From Perkinsela sp. CCAP 1560/9 (taxonomy: Eukaryota; Protista; Euglenozoa: Kinetoplastea), in NCBI GenBank assembly GCA_965644495.1, contig CBFFSA010000003.1, positions 930,001-994,000 on the forward strand: a stretch of DNA of 64,000 nucleotides. Direction: 5' to 3'. The position numbers and the translations under genes were made by a program. Below are positions 44,068 through 55,659 of the stretch, piece by piece (the stretch's first letter is position 1; every line of letters starts with the position of its first letter). The notes below the pieces were generated by a model. It searched no databases, was not told the DNA's origin, and saw only the letters and a program-made list of their open reading frames with translations.

Positions 44068-45327
44068 CTAATTGATAACAAAAGTAGTTGTAGAAGAGAA
44101 CTAAATGAAATATCATACGAATATGTATTAAAAAATACATACATGTATAGTGCACCGCATATTGTTAACTTTCGATCAAGATCAACGAACTTTCTTTTCT
44201 TTTTAGTTACTTTTAGTAATGATATTACGTGATAATCACACGAAAATTAATTTATTCGATAACTACAGTGTGAGACATCTTCGATCATCTAACTGTTTCC
44301 CTATACTAATGTATCTTTACAGAGGGGAACGACCTTAGACCTAAGAAAGGCGATCTTAGATAGTTCAGTGGCTAACTTAGATACTCTAAGCCCGAAAGTA
44401 GCAAGGCAGTTCAAAGCGTGCATCCAATGGTAAAATCCATCCAATAGTAAAATGGTAGGAATGACTTATTTTCGAAGCAGCAAGAGAGTGGTACCGCCGT
44501 ACCAGAGAACAAGAGCGAGTTCATAAATCTGAAACGATATTTTAACATAGGGTCTCACTTCGGTTTTTATGACGTCTTGTACCTTTTACTTTTTATTACT
44601 TCACGTATATTTCGCTGCAGTTTTTAGTAATTCCTTTTGAGCAACGGTCCCTAATTTTTTTCGCTTTCAAGTCGTTTGTTGCAGTATATTCGTCGCCGAA
44701 ATTATTAAAAAAGGTAGAAAAGACTAAAAGCACATTTCAGTTTCAGGCACTAGCAAACTGGATTCGACTAGATGGAAAGGCAACAGGATTCGACTAGATG
44801 GAGAAACTCTACCAGGTGAAATTTGAACAAATACCAGAATCAAAGGTGTTGCCAATCAAAGTTATGCTGCCACCAGTCCAATGATAGCTCAGTACGCGCG
44901 GAAAATAATCATACATGCATCTGAGGATAGTGAAAAATGATAATAACGGTTAGTAATAGTATTCTATTCTGCCACGTTTAGATGGTTCACGTTCCCGACA
45001 ATCTTTGAAGCCTCGACTCGATTGGTCAAGTATTCTACTGTAGTACTTGTAAATTTTTCCAGATGTAAGAAAATAGCGTGTGGCGGCACCAGTTTTTGAT
45101 ACATACTCCAACGTTTGTGATCTTCTATACAGATAGCGTTTCAAAAGTGCTACATGCTATTTCTTTTCAATGCACATTTCCATGCATTCATTCAGAAAAA
45201 TTCCATGAGTACCTCAGTACGATGGCAATCTAAGCAACCTCACCGTGGCTACGTTATTTAAGTGCGTTTGCTTTCTATAATAATGTTTTTTGGTCAACCA
45301 CTTATAGCACAACCAGTAATTTGACTC

Positions 45328-45951
45328 CTAATTTTTATAAGCCTCCAGTTGTTCGTCCAACGTGGCACTGTTCAACGCAGTTCGCGGTTTGCTTCTCATC
45401 GTTTTATTCACCCCCACTCGCCCACGACCGCTTGCCACGGTTTCCCCACTCCCACGACCAAACCGTCCGATTGGTTTCGACTCCCGATTCCGTCCGAAAC
45501 TACGTTTTGTGGGAGCCGTAGAATTCTCGACCTTACGACGACGCAGCAGGGTTTGTTGCGCCAACCGCAGTGCATTTCCCTGACCTCTATTTTCCTTATT
45601 CTCCTTTTTATTAGCCCCCAACGCACGACGTCGGGTCAGACTCTCTTGTCGCACTTCTTGCGTGCGATCCCGGACGTCCCGTCGGCGCGAGAGCCCCGCA
45701 AATGAGCGAAGTGCTTTCCGTGGCATGGCGTCCTGAAAACGACTCGTTGGTTTCTTTTGTTGTATTTCGGAAGTGTTCGTATTTGAGGTGTTTCGCAGTA
45801 CGCGACGAATGCCATGGGTGTTACGTAGGACAGGACGAGTAGGGGGAGGGGGGTGGGGCGTGCCGCCCTGTCGACGCGATTGTTGCACGGCGAGACGTCG
45901 GCGGCCGGATTGGCGCAGCTCGGTGTTGAACCGGGTACGCGTTTTGTCCAT
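45328..45951 (-). CDS. Arg-rich RNA-export-adaptor-like protein (CHTOP/FOP/ALYREF-type C-terminal UAP56-binding motif)
   Basis: C-terminal ATLDEQLEAY, RG-rich segment and upstream polypyrimidine tract. Confidence 0.7.
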   Translation of the reverse strand: MDKTRTRFNTELRQSGRRRLAVQQSRRQGGTPHPPPPTRPVLRNTHGIRRVLRNTSNTNTSEIQQKKPTSRFQDAMPRKALRSFAGLSRRRDVRDRTQEVRQESLTRRRALGANKKENKENRGQGNALRLAQQTLLRRRKVENSTAPTKRSFGRNRESKPIGRFGRGSGETVASGRGRVGVNKTMRSKPRTALNSATLDEQLEAYKN

Positions 45952-46351
45952 GCAGGATGAGAGGGAGAGAAAATATGAAAAGAGGAAGAAAAGGGATAGA
46001 ACACTGGTTTCCTTCGCTTTCCTTAGGGGTTAAAGAGTTAATCCGTCGTCATTATCCACAGCGTAAACTAAAGAGTGCGAGTGAAACATAAAATTCTTCT
46101 ACTTCTATTAGCGCCATGAATAAAAGAAAGGTGCCGGTATTCAAAATAGCCCGAAATTGCGAACGCGCGTTTAATCTAGTCAAAACTCATATAACTTTCA
46201 CTGCTCAATTTCATACACTACTTTACTCGTTTTTACGCTTTGTATCTAATTAAAATTTGATGAATATCATGCGCTTTTCAGTTCAACAATACGCCATTAG
46301 AGAATAAGGAAACAGTTTCCAGCCCCCTACCGGTTAAGAATACGCGTCTTC

Positions 46352-47644
46352 TCACTCCACCTTTTTCTGTCGTCGCTCCTCACAATCAGAGATGGCTCGG
46401 AGTCGGTGGAGCAACGGTGGGTGAGAATACTTACACATTGCATACAGCTTGTCGAACACAACAGTCATTGCGTTTTGTTTACGCAGCGCCAGCAACGCCC
46501 TGGAAAGATCTTTCGCGTAGCCAAGATCGACGGCAAACGCATCGGCTTGAAATTCCATTCGACGAGTCCATGCCGTAAGTAAAAGTCCAAGCAATGCCTC
46601 GATCGGAGGCATGATAGCGATAGAAAACAGACAGACCCCAATCACAGGAGAATAGGTGTGAAACCCGAAACTATGATACAGAGACCGATTGTACATAACC
46701 TTGGAGGCTCCATAGCAAGTGCCAAATATTTGTACTACCCCGAGGATCAATTGTTGTATCGTATGTTTAAGTTTCCAGTGCCCAAATTCATGTCCGAGCA
46801 CTCCGAGAAGTGCTCGATCATCGCCCTCCATCTCTTTTAGCAGGGTGTCATAAATAACAATACGTTTGTTGTTAAAGAAACCATAAAAATAGGCATTGCC
46901 ATGATTACTGCGGATGGAGCTGTCCACGGTGTACACTTGCTTGAGTGGAAATTTCAGTTTCAAGGCCATGTCTTCAATTTTAGCGCGCAAGGGACTCTCA
47001 GCAGGTAGCGTTGCATATTTGTTAAATAACGGCTGGATCAAGGTAGGGTAGACATAGGCCATAACCAGTGAGAAAGCCGTAAGAAAGGAACCCATATAAA
47101 GCGGGAATCGCGGCCCGAAGTTCTCCAGTATGTAAAGAAAACCCGCCGTCACTGGTGCCATGAGCGCGAATTTCACTAATTTTCCTTTCACCATATCCAA
47201 AAAATATAGCCCAAGAGTCTGGTTATTAAATCCATGGCGCTGCTCCACCACAAACGTGGAGTACAAATCGAGTGGAAGACTCACTGCCGTCTCAAACACA
47301 TCTCCGAACAGGGCGGCGGCCATACAATGCCCCAGGGAGCCCTCGAGAAAGGTACCCTCAAAGGTCGTCCAGTACCACAGCGCGGGGAAGGCATTCGTCG
47401 CGAGCAGAGCAGTTGTAGTTGCGGTGTCCACCAGAGCCGAGACCAAACTCAGCCGCAGTCGATCTACGCTGTACGCATTAGCCTTACGAAACTCACCTTG
47501 GTTGATGTCCGACTCGAATTCGGGGGGAACGGAGTGGGCGTTTTTCACGTGGCGGTATTGTCGGTAGGTGAGGAACATTTCCCAGGCAGCGTGGGCGTTG
47601 CAGAACAGAATGCTGGCCCATTTGTAAGAGGTGAGGAAGTCCAT
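46352..47644 (-). CDS. STE24: CAAX prenyl protease 1 (peptidase M48)
   Basis: FVVEQRHGFNNQT, NAYFYGF..KRIVIYDTL, HEFGHW, EFQADAFA, YSHPPL. Confidence 0.97.
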   Translation of the reverse strand: MDFLTSYKWASILFCNAHAAWEMFLTYRQYRHVKNAHSVPPEFESDINQGEFRKANAYSVDRLRLSLVSALVDTATTTALLATNAFPALWYWTTFEGTFLEGSLGHCMAAALFGDVFETAVSLPLDLYSTFVVEQRHGFNNQTLGLYFLDMVKGKLVKFALMAPVTAGFLYILENFGPRFPLYMGSFLTAFSLVMAYVYPTLIQPLFNKYATLPAESPLRAKIEDMALKLKFPLKQVYTVDSSIRSNHGNAYFYGFFNNKRIVIYDTLLKEMEGDDRALLGVLGHEFGHWKLKHTIQQLILGVVQIFGTCYGASKVMYNRSLYHSFGFHTYSPVIGVCLFSIAIMPPIEALLGLLLTAWTRRMEFQADAFAVDLGYAKDLSRALLALRKQNAMTVVFDKLYAMCKYSHPPLLHRLRAISDCEERRQKKVE

Positions 47645-47869
47645 GGTTGTGCTTTTAAAGGATAGCGTATGAGAGAAAGGTTTATTTATTCAGCAGGTAT
47701 ACGCCATATGTCATATGGATGTGAATCTTCATAATGTAGCAAACTACAAAGAAACTACCTAGGTCGAAACTACCTAGGCAGAAATAACAGAGCAAAGAGT
47801 AGAAGGGATCAATTAATTCACTTGTTGAGACAACAAACACGAAAAAGTCCCCTTATGTGCTCCACCTTT

Positions 47870-48751
47870 TCACTCAGGTAGATCCTTACCCTCGAATCGT
47901 GCACGAAACTCCTTGCCCGTGGCATCGAAATCGGATGACTTACCATACGGAAATACCTGCGGCACATCCGCAAACATGATCCGTCCCAGATGAGCCTTGT
48001 TCTCGGGAATCAACTGACTTTCCACCCCCGTCAGACAGTAATTCATCATCTCCTCTGTTGTCTGCTGTGTCCTCTGCCTCTCCTGGTAATACTGCCGTCC
48101 CCAACTCTCCTCCTCCAACCGCTGCAGACAAAACACCATTGCATAGTACACATGGACATTAATTGACAACCCGCACAGTTTTATCTCATCAAACAACGCG
48201 AGAGCCTGTAAATAGTTAAAACACCGCGCAAACAGGTGCTGCACGGTACGCAGCTCCAGCGGGGTTCCATTTCTCCCCACACAACGCAGCAGGTTGCGTA
48301 AATAATGCCCCCCACCCGCCTGCGGGGCCTCCGCATCCGGCGGGGTACACCCGGTCTCCAGGCGTCGCTTGGTCTCATGGGCCATCCCCTCTACGGTGAG
48401 AATCAGCAGACGATCCATGGCCTCCCCTAAACCTTTGGTGATGTCATCCCGTGTCGGGACCTCTGCGGAAAGGTTTAACTCGTAAAGCAGAGGAAACACG
48501 GCGTAGGGGGAAGGGATGGCGGAGGGGGCCGATGGGTCGGTGGGTTCGGGACCCGTGGAAACGGCGGGGGCGTGTAAAGAGGAGGTTGAAGCGTGGGTAC
48601 GACGGAGCTGCCAGAGCTGGTTGATTTTGGCACGCGCCTCCGCACTGCGACGAAGCACGGAGGAGGGGTCAGGGGGAGGAGGGGGAGTGGGGTCGGGTGT
48701 GGAGGGGTTGGGAAGAGAGCAGAGAAGTCGGGAAAGTGGGCGGCGAAGCAT
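47870..48751 (-). CDS. Hypothetical mitochondrial-targeted helical (PPR-like) protein
   Basis: MLRR-type presequence and the PPR-like segment ALALFDEIKLCGLSINVHVYYAMV. Confidence 0.7.
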   Translation of the reverse strand: MLRRPLSRLLCSLPNPSTPDPTPPPPPDPSSVLRRSAEARAKINQLWQLRRTHASTSSLHAPAVSTGPEPTDPSAPSAIPSPYAVFPLLYELNLSAEVPTRDDITKGLGEAMDRLLILTVEGMAHETKRRLETGCTPPDAEAPQAGGGHYLRNLLRCVGRNGTPLELRTVQHLFARCFNYLQALALFDEIKLCGLSINVHVYYAMVFCLQRLEEESWGRQYYQERQRTQQTTEEMMNYCLTGVESQLIPENKAHLGRIMFADVPQVFPYGKSSDFDATGKEFRARFEGKDLPE

Positions 48752-49072
48752 TTAGATGAAGGTCGGTGACATGGGATTGTGAAAATAATGTAGTTTTGGC
48801 ACACTCTGATCAGAGAAAATGAAAAAGGACCATGACAAAAGGGATACAAATTGTCGAGACGTTGTCATCAAAATATCAAAGATACGCTGTGCTATAACTG
48901 TGCGGTACAAATTTCCTTTATACTATACAAGGGCAACTTGTAAGCGTTTTTGGTTACAAATCAATCAGTGTAAGATTTTAACGTTAGATAACTTTAGATA
49001 ATCTTGTGCCCATAAAAACATACGCCTCAAGGTGACTGAGTTGCTTCGCGTACAATCTAATCCTTAAAAGTA

Positions 49073-50923
49073 TCAAAATAGCCCTTGCGGGGAAACTCTC
49101 GGCGACTTGTTCCACGGAAGAGACAAGAGGCAGGTCTCCAGAAACTCGAAAAAGGTAGGCAACGCTATCACACGGACCGGAAACGCAAGAATATAGGCTG
49201 CAGCACCCAACAAACTCGCTGAGGCAACTTTTTCCCACATTCGCTGTCGTCGATCTCCCCACGAGGCCTTCGGATCAAACCCTCGAGGCTTCACCATATG
49301 GGAGCGGGCACCCATTGAGCTCGGTTCAAAACGCTGAAGGCGCTCCTCGGCGTGAGAAGAAACCTTGGGCTTCGGCACGATCTCGAGCTGGGGGTGGGCC
49401 TCTTCGCTTTTACCCCCCTTTTCCTCCTCTGTCTTCCGCGCAGAACTTGGTTTCCCCACCTCCCCTTTCCGCAACGCCTCCAATCTCTGCTCCACATTCG
49501 GCACCTGCTTCAGGATCTCCCGGCTCGTATCCGACAACAACGTGTAATACTTCTTTGCCTTTTCATAATTCGGCTTCTCATTTAGTCGTTCATACATTTT
49601 CCGCGTGCCCGGATCCGCCCCCTCCCCGGACCCCTCCCCTCCCAGATACCGCTCGAGCATGAGCTTATACGCCAGACAGCTCCCACGGTCGAGGGCGTGC
49701 TGCATCCAGCGCGCCGCGAGGCGTAGGTTACACAGCTCGGTTCGCCCGGCCGTGGCCACACACCCGCCTCGCAGCAACAGCTGTGCCGCAAAACACATCG
49801 CGCTGGTCTCTCCGGTACTCGCGGCTCTTTGGTAAAAATAGAGCGCGAGCGCGAGCGCTGGGGTGAAGTTCCCTACCCCGTTATCAAACATCTGAGCTGT
49901 GGTGAAGTTCGATAAAGGGTCGAGGGCTCGGACCGATTTGTCCAGCAACAGCTGCAGGGAGAGGGTCTGGAGGCCGCTCTCCATGTAGAGCCGTACCAGC
50001 GTCATCATACTCTGGGTGTGGTCATGGGAGAGCGCCGCGAGACGAAGAAAGTGTAACCCTTCCGCGGGGTCCCCACGTTCAAGGGCGAGAATCCCGCGGA
50101 CATAGAGCTCCTCCGGCGTCATGGCCTCCTCGGAGGGGTTGGCGAAGGGTTCGGATTCGGTGGCATCCTCTCCACGGTTGAGTTTGGCTTTGGTAATGTC
50201 ATGTTGGAGAGCGCGCACGAGACCCTGGACTGTCACTGGCTCCTGTCGTAGTTCTAGGATTTCTGCACAGTGACGGTGCATTTCTTGAACGATGGAGATT
50301 TTTCGTTCAGCATCCTCCCCGGCCTCCTCTTTGAGCTCCTTCAATCGGCGTTCTATTTTCTCCATTTCATGCTGGAGGGTTTTCTGTTCCTCTTCCGCTT
50401 CTCTCTCTTTCGCGCTTAACCCGGTTTTCTGAGAAAGCACGTCTTCCAGGATGGCATCTGGGTCGGAAGCATCTGTATCCCGAGTTTCAGAAGGCTGTGT
50501 CGCATCAAATGATGCTACCTCCATCGCGAGAAGGTGATCTAATTCTTCGATGGTCAGGACGACGGCTTCGTCATATGCGTCGGGACCGACTTGTCCCGGT
50601 TCTCGTTTTGTTGGGTCGATGAGCTCCTGATCACAGGGAGGAAGTGGGTTGCGAAGGGCACTCTTCCAGAGTTCCTCCGACTTCTTGACTAGGTTGATGT
50701 GAAGTTCATCGCTTTTCGTCTCCCATTGAGGCTCATCGAGCACGGCATCAAAAAGAGTCCATGTCAGAACTTTTTCTTGATTGCGGTACAATTGTAGGGT
50801 ATCCTCCGTCACTTCAACCCGAAATTTTCGTACCACATTGGGTTTCGCAGGTTCAATATCAACTACGAGGTCCAAGTTTGAAGAGTTTGCGTCCTGACGC
50901 CAGCTCTTCAGTTCGTAGTCCAT
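49073..50923 (-). CDS. ATOM69: ATOM69-like mitochondrial import receptor (CS/Hsp20-like domain, coiled coil, Sel1/TPR-like repeats, C-terminal TM)
   Basis: N-terminal SWRQD...LHINLVKK...WKS (CS domain), A..FYQRAA..G repeats, C-terminal hydrophobic anchor, 616 aa. This architecture is known from kinetoplastids. Confidence 0.7.
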   Translation of the reverse strand: MDYELKSWRQDANSSNLDLVVDIEPAKPNVVRKFRVEVTEDTLQLYRNQEKVLTWTLFDAVLDEPQWETKSDELHINLVKKSEELWKSALRNPLPPCDQELIDPTKREPGQVGPDAYDEAVVLTIEELDHLLAMEVASFDATQPSETRDTDASDPDAILEDVLSQKTGLSAKEREAEEEQKTLQHEMEKIERRLKELKEEAGEDAERKISIVQEMHRHCAEILELRQEPVTVQGLVRALQHDITKAKLNRGEDATESEPFANPSEEAMTPEELYVRGILALERGDPAEGLHFLRLAALSHDHTQSMMTLVRLYMESGLQTLSLQLLLDKSVRALDPLSNFTTAQMFDNGVGNFTPALALALYFYQRAASTGETSAMCFAAQLLLRGGCVATAGRTELCNLRLAARWMQHALDRGSCLAYKLMLERYLGGEGSGEGADPGTRKMYERLNEKPNYEKAKKYYTLLSDTSREILKQVPNVEQRLEALRKGEVGKPSSARKTEEEKGGKSEEAHPQLEIVPKPKVSSHAEERLQRFEPSSMGARSHMVKPRGFDPKASWGDRRQRMWEKVASASLLGAAAYILAFPVRVIALPTFFEFLETCLLSLPWNKSPRVSPQGLF

Positions 50924-51111
50924 AAATGTTTAGAAACTAAAAAAAGTATGCCTTTAATTTTTATTTCCTTATTTCAGTACAAGTGTTTTAGATTAGTCAC
51001 ACTAGTTTTTTAGGTTTAATACAGGTTGTCAAGTTGGATTATACTACTGCATATGGAATCATATGCTGAAAGTTCCAGTTCTTCAGAATACACCACGTGA
51101 TTTCACGATTT

Positions 51112-52386
51112 CTAGCCAGAAATATTACTTGGAGATTCTCCCTTCGTATCCGTTCCGGTAGAAACGTTTTCTAAACCATTTTTGGTAGGCGTTAAAAAGC
51201 ACGAAAAGCTCTCTTCATGTGAAGAGTGCGAATCAGGTGGAAAAGCATAAAAAGCCAGCTTCCCGGAGTTCCAATCCTGCAGAACACACCTCGCGGTCGC
51301 CTCTTCATCCACAATCCCTCCAGCACGAAGTCGACCGATCACTTTACCCACTCTCTCAAGCGCCGCAACAAGATTTTGAGAGGGTTCCACACCATAGTGC
51401 TTACACAACGCATCACATCCCACCCGAGCCACAATCGACCCTACCGCAGAAACCGGATCCGCAATCTCCGACACCGGCACGGCGTTAAGCAGCGCCAGTC
51501 GACTGTGGTGGTTCTCCGTTCCCCCGTCAAACACCACCCCGGGGCAATCCACGATTTTCACCCCTTGCCGGAGTTCCACCTCGGTTGGGCCTTTGGTGCT
51601 TCCCGGCCGGTTGGCGACCCCGACGACGGTTTTTCGTTTCAGCGCGTTAATCACGCTGCTCTTCCCTACGTTGGGGTAACCCAGAACCCCGACCGTGACA
51701 CTGCGGTGGGTGCCGGTGTGGGTGCGTCGAATATTTCGTATGGCATCAAACACGTCGTCGACACAACGCCGTGCGAGAGGGCTGTTGTCGCCCCCTCCAC
51801 GGTGGTGATGGGCGCCGGGTCGCGCGGGGGCACTAAAGGGAATAACATGACAGTTTTGTGCACGAAAGTAGGATACCCACCGTTGTGCGATTTCCGAGGG
51901 AATAAGATCCACTTTGTTGAGAATGTGAACGATTGATTTTTGTTCGCCATGTTTTGATCGTATGGTGTTCTCCGCGTGCTCGAGACGACATGCCAAGGGA
52001 TCGCGGATATCTAATACCTCGAGAAGAATATCACTCATGTCTACAATTTCTTGGAAAGTGGAGTGGTATCGCCTGAGACACAACTGAGAGGCTTTAGAGT
52101 CTGATCCCACGTGTAATGACATATCGCTTGGACTAGAGCGTGAAGTGCGCTCTTGGGTAAATTGATGTGCCCTTTGTCTTGCCCCGAGTGCCAGCATAGC
52201 AAGCTCAGTCCTTTCGCAAGCCCCACTTATCGGTGATTCTTTTGCTAAGTGGTCATTCTTTCCCGAAGCATTCTTCGATTTTCCTATAGGTAACGTCAAG
52301 GCAGGTGCAGCGCGATGTAATGAACCTTTTTGTTTGGAGCTACAGGATGAGTGCATGCCTTTTCCAGCGCTTCTTTCTCTTTTCAT
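51112..52386 (-). CDS. Circularly permuted nucleolar GTPase (GNL3/Nug1-like)
   Basis: EVLDIRDP, LNKVDL, GYPNVGKSS, PGST and DCPG in G4-G1-G3 order; DWNSGK. Confidence 0.92.
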   Translation of the reverse strand: MKRERSAGKGMHSSCSSKQKGSLHRAAPALTLPIGKSKNASGKNDHLAKESPISGACERTELAMLALGARQRAHQFTQERTSRSSPSDMSLHVGSDSKASQLCLRRYHSTFQEIVDMSDILLEVLDIRDPLACRLEHAENTIRSKHGEQKSIVHILNKVDLIPSEIAQRWVSYFRAQNCHVIPFSAPARPGAHHHRGGGDNSPLARRCVDDVFDAIRNIRRTHTGTHRSVTVGVLGYPNVGKSSVINALKRKTVVGVANRPGSTKGPTEVELRQGVKIVDCPGVVFDGGTENHHSRLALLNAVPVSEIADPVSAVGSIVARVGCDALCKHYGVEPSQNLVAALERVGKVIGRLRAGGIVDEEATARCVLQDWNSGKLAFYAFPPDSHSSHEESFSCFLTPTKNGLENVSTGTDTKGESPSNISG

Positions 52387-52822
52387 AATAACATAAAAAT
52401 AAAAATTATAACCTTTAGTAACCAAAGTGGACTACGTAACGAGTGCTGTAACGAAAGTAGGTGCGTTGCAGCCACATATCCATTCCCAAAATTTGACCGT
52501 GTGTGCAAAAGTTCTCAGCATGTCAGGAAGATACATACAGGGAAAAATATGGGCACCGCAACACACTCATCATGTTCTAATGTACACGTAATGGATTTAT
52601 TCGAACGGACTTTCGCTTGATAGTCAAAATATAATGTAAATATCGGTAAATTAAGTGTGAGGATAGCGGGAAAGTAATTCGAGGAATGTGCACTAAATAA
52701 AAATTATAATAAAAATTCGAGTAGAAATTCAAGGATAAATCTCTACTGCACATTCAAAAAATTACAAGAGACGAACATTTTTCAAAACAAATATTCACAT
52801 GTTGATCACAATTACACTTTCG

Positions 52823-53503
52823 CTATATTTTCTGATAATGCGGATGTGTACCTTGTATTTCAATATCATTACCATAGTGAATATAGATCTGAGTCGTTAC
52901 TTCGGGTAACTCACTGACATCGACGGTGCCTGTTAATTTATTATTCATCAGATAAATTTCCTTTAAGGTCTTTGGTAGTCCTGCCAAGGACACAGTTCCA
53001 GCAAATTCATTGCCGTTGAGCCACAACCACACGAGCTTCGGAGGTAAATGTTGCAACTTCAAACCGCCACTTAGATGGTTTTGATTTAAACACAGCTGGG
53101 TAAGACTTTGTGGGAGAGTAGAAAGATCTACTGGCCCTTCAAAACGATTGTGGTTTAACCACAATACTTGTAATGTGGATGGCAGTACCGAAACGTCGAT
53201 CGTTCCCTCCAGTCGATTGTTGTTCAATTTAAGTTCTGTTACAGTGTCCGGAACAAATTTCCAGCTGACTGTTCCACCAAGATTTGATTCTAGCCATTCG
53301 ATGCACGCAAGTGTATCACTGCGAAAGATGAGTCCTTTCCATTTACGAAGTGGAGTAGAATCCGTCCAGGTTTCATGGGTGCTATTCATATGCTGAATAA
53401 ACATAGCGAGCTTATATTCCGGTGAAAGAATAGCTCCGCGTACTCGCCCAAGACGTGAACCCGATGGCGCATCGGCACATTTCAAATGAGTCGAGATGGT
53501 CAT
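52823..53503 (-). CDS. Leucine-rich repeat protein
   Basis: Regular LPxxLxxLxLxxNxxxGxxxL repeats. Confidence 0.92.
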   Translation of the reverse strand: MTISTHLKCADAPSGSRLGRVRGAILSPEYKLAMFIQHMNSTHETWTDSTPLRKWKGLIFRSDTLACIEWLESNLGGTVSWKFVPDTVTELKLNNNRLEGTIDVSVLPSTLQVLWLNHNRFEGPVDLSTLPQSLTQLCLNQNHLSGGLKLQHLPPKLVWLWLNGNEFAGTVSLAGLPKTLKEIYLMNNKLTGTVDVSELPEVTTQIYIHYGNDIEIQGTHPHYQKI

Positions 53504-53719
53504 GGATTTTTGTTGAGAAATGGAGAAAAATTAGTAAATTCCCCAATAGTCTTTGCTGATCTTTAAAAGAAAATGAAAACCTACTCGATTATTTTTTTTG
53601 TTGGTACACTTCCACCTCCCGCTCCTACCCCCGCTCCTACTCCCCCGCTCCTCCTCGATATTACAGGATTATCCAAGTTTTGCAGAGGATGCTGTAAAAA
53701 CAACGTACATATTTTTTAT

Positions 53720-54412
53720 CTATAATGCACCTATACATCGTTCAAGAACAACAAAAGATAGTACAACTACTGCTACTAGTGCGGCATACCCCGACATGTT
53801 TTTGTTGTCGTATTCAGTGTTTACGTCGTATAAGACATTGTTGGACACAAAACTTTCAGGAAATACGAAAATTGCATTGTCTCGGAGATCGATACGAATG
53901 GAGGTAGAAATATGTGTGAAGTCAACTACCCCCACAAAATGATTACATCGGAGGAAAAGAATTCTCAGGGTTTGTGGCAGGGCGGAGAGATCTATAGCAC
54001 CTTCGAGCAAATTGTACGAAGCCGTCAATTCCGCGAAATTCAACGGAAGTGATGTCAAATCAAGTTTTGAGGAAAACAAATTACGCGACGCCGTTAACCC
54101 AATTAATTCGTCTCGCAGCACTTCCAAAGGAATGGACCCTTGGAGCATGTTGTCACAAACTTCTATACGATATACCTGCGTTGGTAAAAAGTTCCACGTC
54201 AAATTTCCCTGTAACCCCATATTGTTCCAACGAAGCAATACATTAAATTCCGGAGAATACCTTTCCCACGGTGCGCTGTACACTCCTTCCCATTCTAGAA
54301 GAGGTGTGCCAGATTTCCAAGACGGGTGTGGGTTCCTGATGTTGTCAATAAAAGACGATAGACGAACTTCTGGAGGATGAATATCCGACTGTACCTTGCC
54401 AAGTCGAGACAT
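53720..54412 (-). CDS. Leucine-rich repeat protein with C-terminal hydrophobic anchor
   Basis: LRR units; C-terminus YAALVAVVVLSFVVL. Confidence 0.88.
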   Translation of the reverse strand: MSRLGKVQSDIHPPEVRLSSFIDNIRNPHPSWKSGTPLLEWEGVYSAPWERYSPEFNVLLRWNNMGLQGNLTWNFLPTQVYRIEVCDNMLQGSIPLEVLRDELIGLTASRNLFSSKLDLTSLPLNFAELTASYNLLEGAIDLSALPQTLRILFLRCNHFVGVVDFTHISTSIRIDLRDNAIFVFPESFVSNNVLYDVNTEYDNKNMSGYAALVAVVVLSFVVLERCIGAL

Positions 54413-55659
54413 GAATCAAACGTTTGTAGACAAAACATTTGGGGTAAAACATTTTTCCGCTATATTTGCATACGACCAAAAAGTTTTCGATTAGGTATTG
54501 AAAGTTGATCTTTTGTACAGAAAAGCGTCTTTTTCGACCAAAACCCAGAGTTTTCGAGATCAAAACTTCCCATATTTAGAATTTTACACGTGTATGCACG
54601 CAAAATAAGGCATTACAAATCAAGTAGCATCGCAAGAGAGAGTACGGCACACGCACTTAGTGTGTCGCAGTAATTTTCATTTTTCAGATCTAGGACCAAC
54701 CATTAAGATGTCAGGGGAATGTAAGACCAAAACTGCGGAGGTCTATGTAATTATGCGGTAAGAAATATAGTAGCAAAAAGAGGAGATTATACGCAATGCG
54801 GCAAGCAAAGAAATTCAATGGCAGCATGTAAAAATTCTTTTTTGGTCAGTTTGTAAAACAATGGATGATACTTCACACCAAAATACACCTAAATAGAGCT
54901 TTCTAAGCGTTTTCTAGCTGTTGTAAAGTTCGTACTGTGTGTTATGTACGCGTTTCTGCGTCACGCACTGCTCCAACTTTTCGAGTATATGTAAAATGCC
55001 CGAATTTCAAGTAACTCAGTACCTATACAGGCAACCAACAAACAGTTGAGACTAGCCTAAACTGGCAACCATAAACAGCGATTATTCAAAGCATGGCTTC
55101 GAAAGCTTACTTGAAATCATTCAAACCTTATTTGAAACATCAGGTTTCCAGTGAAGAGATACTACATACCTCCATTTCGGTGTCTGATTCACTATCTGAC
55201 CCTTCTTCGGAATGTACATGAAGTGTACTGATATTATGACGTTCAAAAAGAGATATTTTTGTCGGGATACTTTCGTGACTGTCGCCGGTCAATAGCCCTT
55301 CAGATGTATTGTAGTTCTGTGCCGTAAGACTTATCGAGTAGCTAACGGCCTTTACCAATTCGTTAGGAAAATACTTTGCGCTACATTGTCGAAAACATTT
55401 CTCAGATGCCTCGGCGATCAGGTCTCGTAAATCATAAAGAATGTCTGCAATCCATCTTCGTGTCTCATAAGTCTTAGCAGGGAAAAAGTCGCTGCTGATA
55501 TGGACATAGTCAAAGCTTCTTGCCTCTTCCGATGTCAAGGGCCTGTCCCCTGTGGAATCAAGTTTCATTTGAGATAACGAAAACGCGATGGCTTCAGGGT
55601 TCGGCAGGTAAAATCTTTCACCCTTCTTTACCTTTTCGGCTTCCGATTTGCTACAGCAA

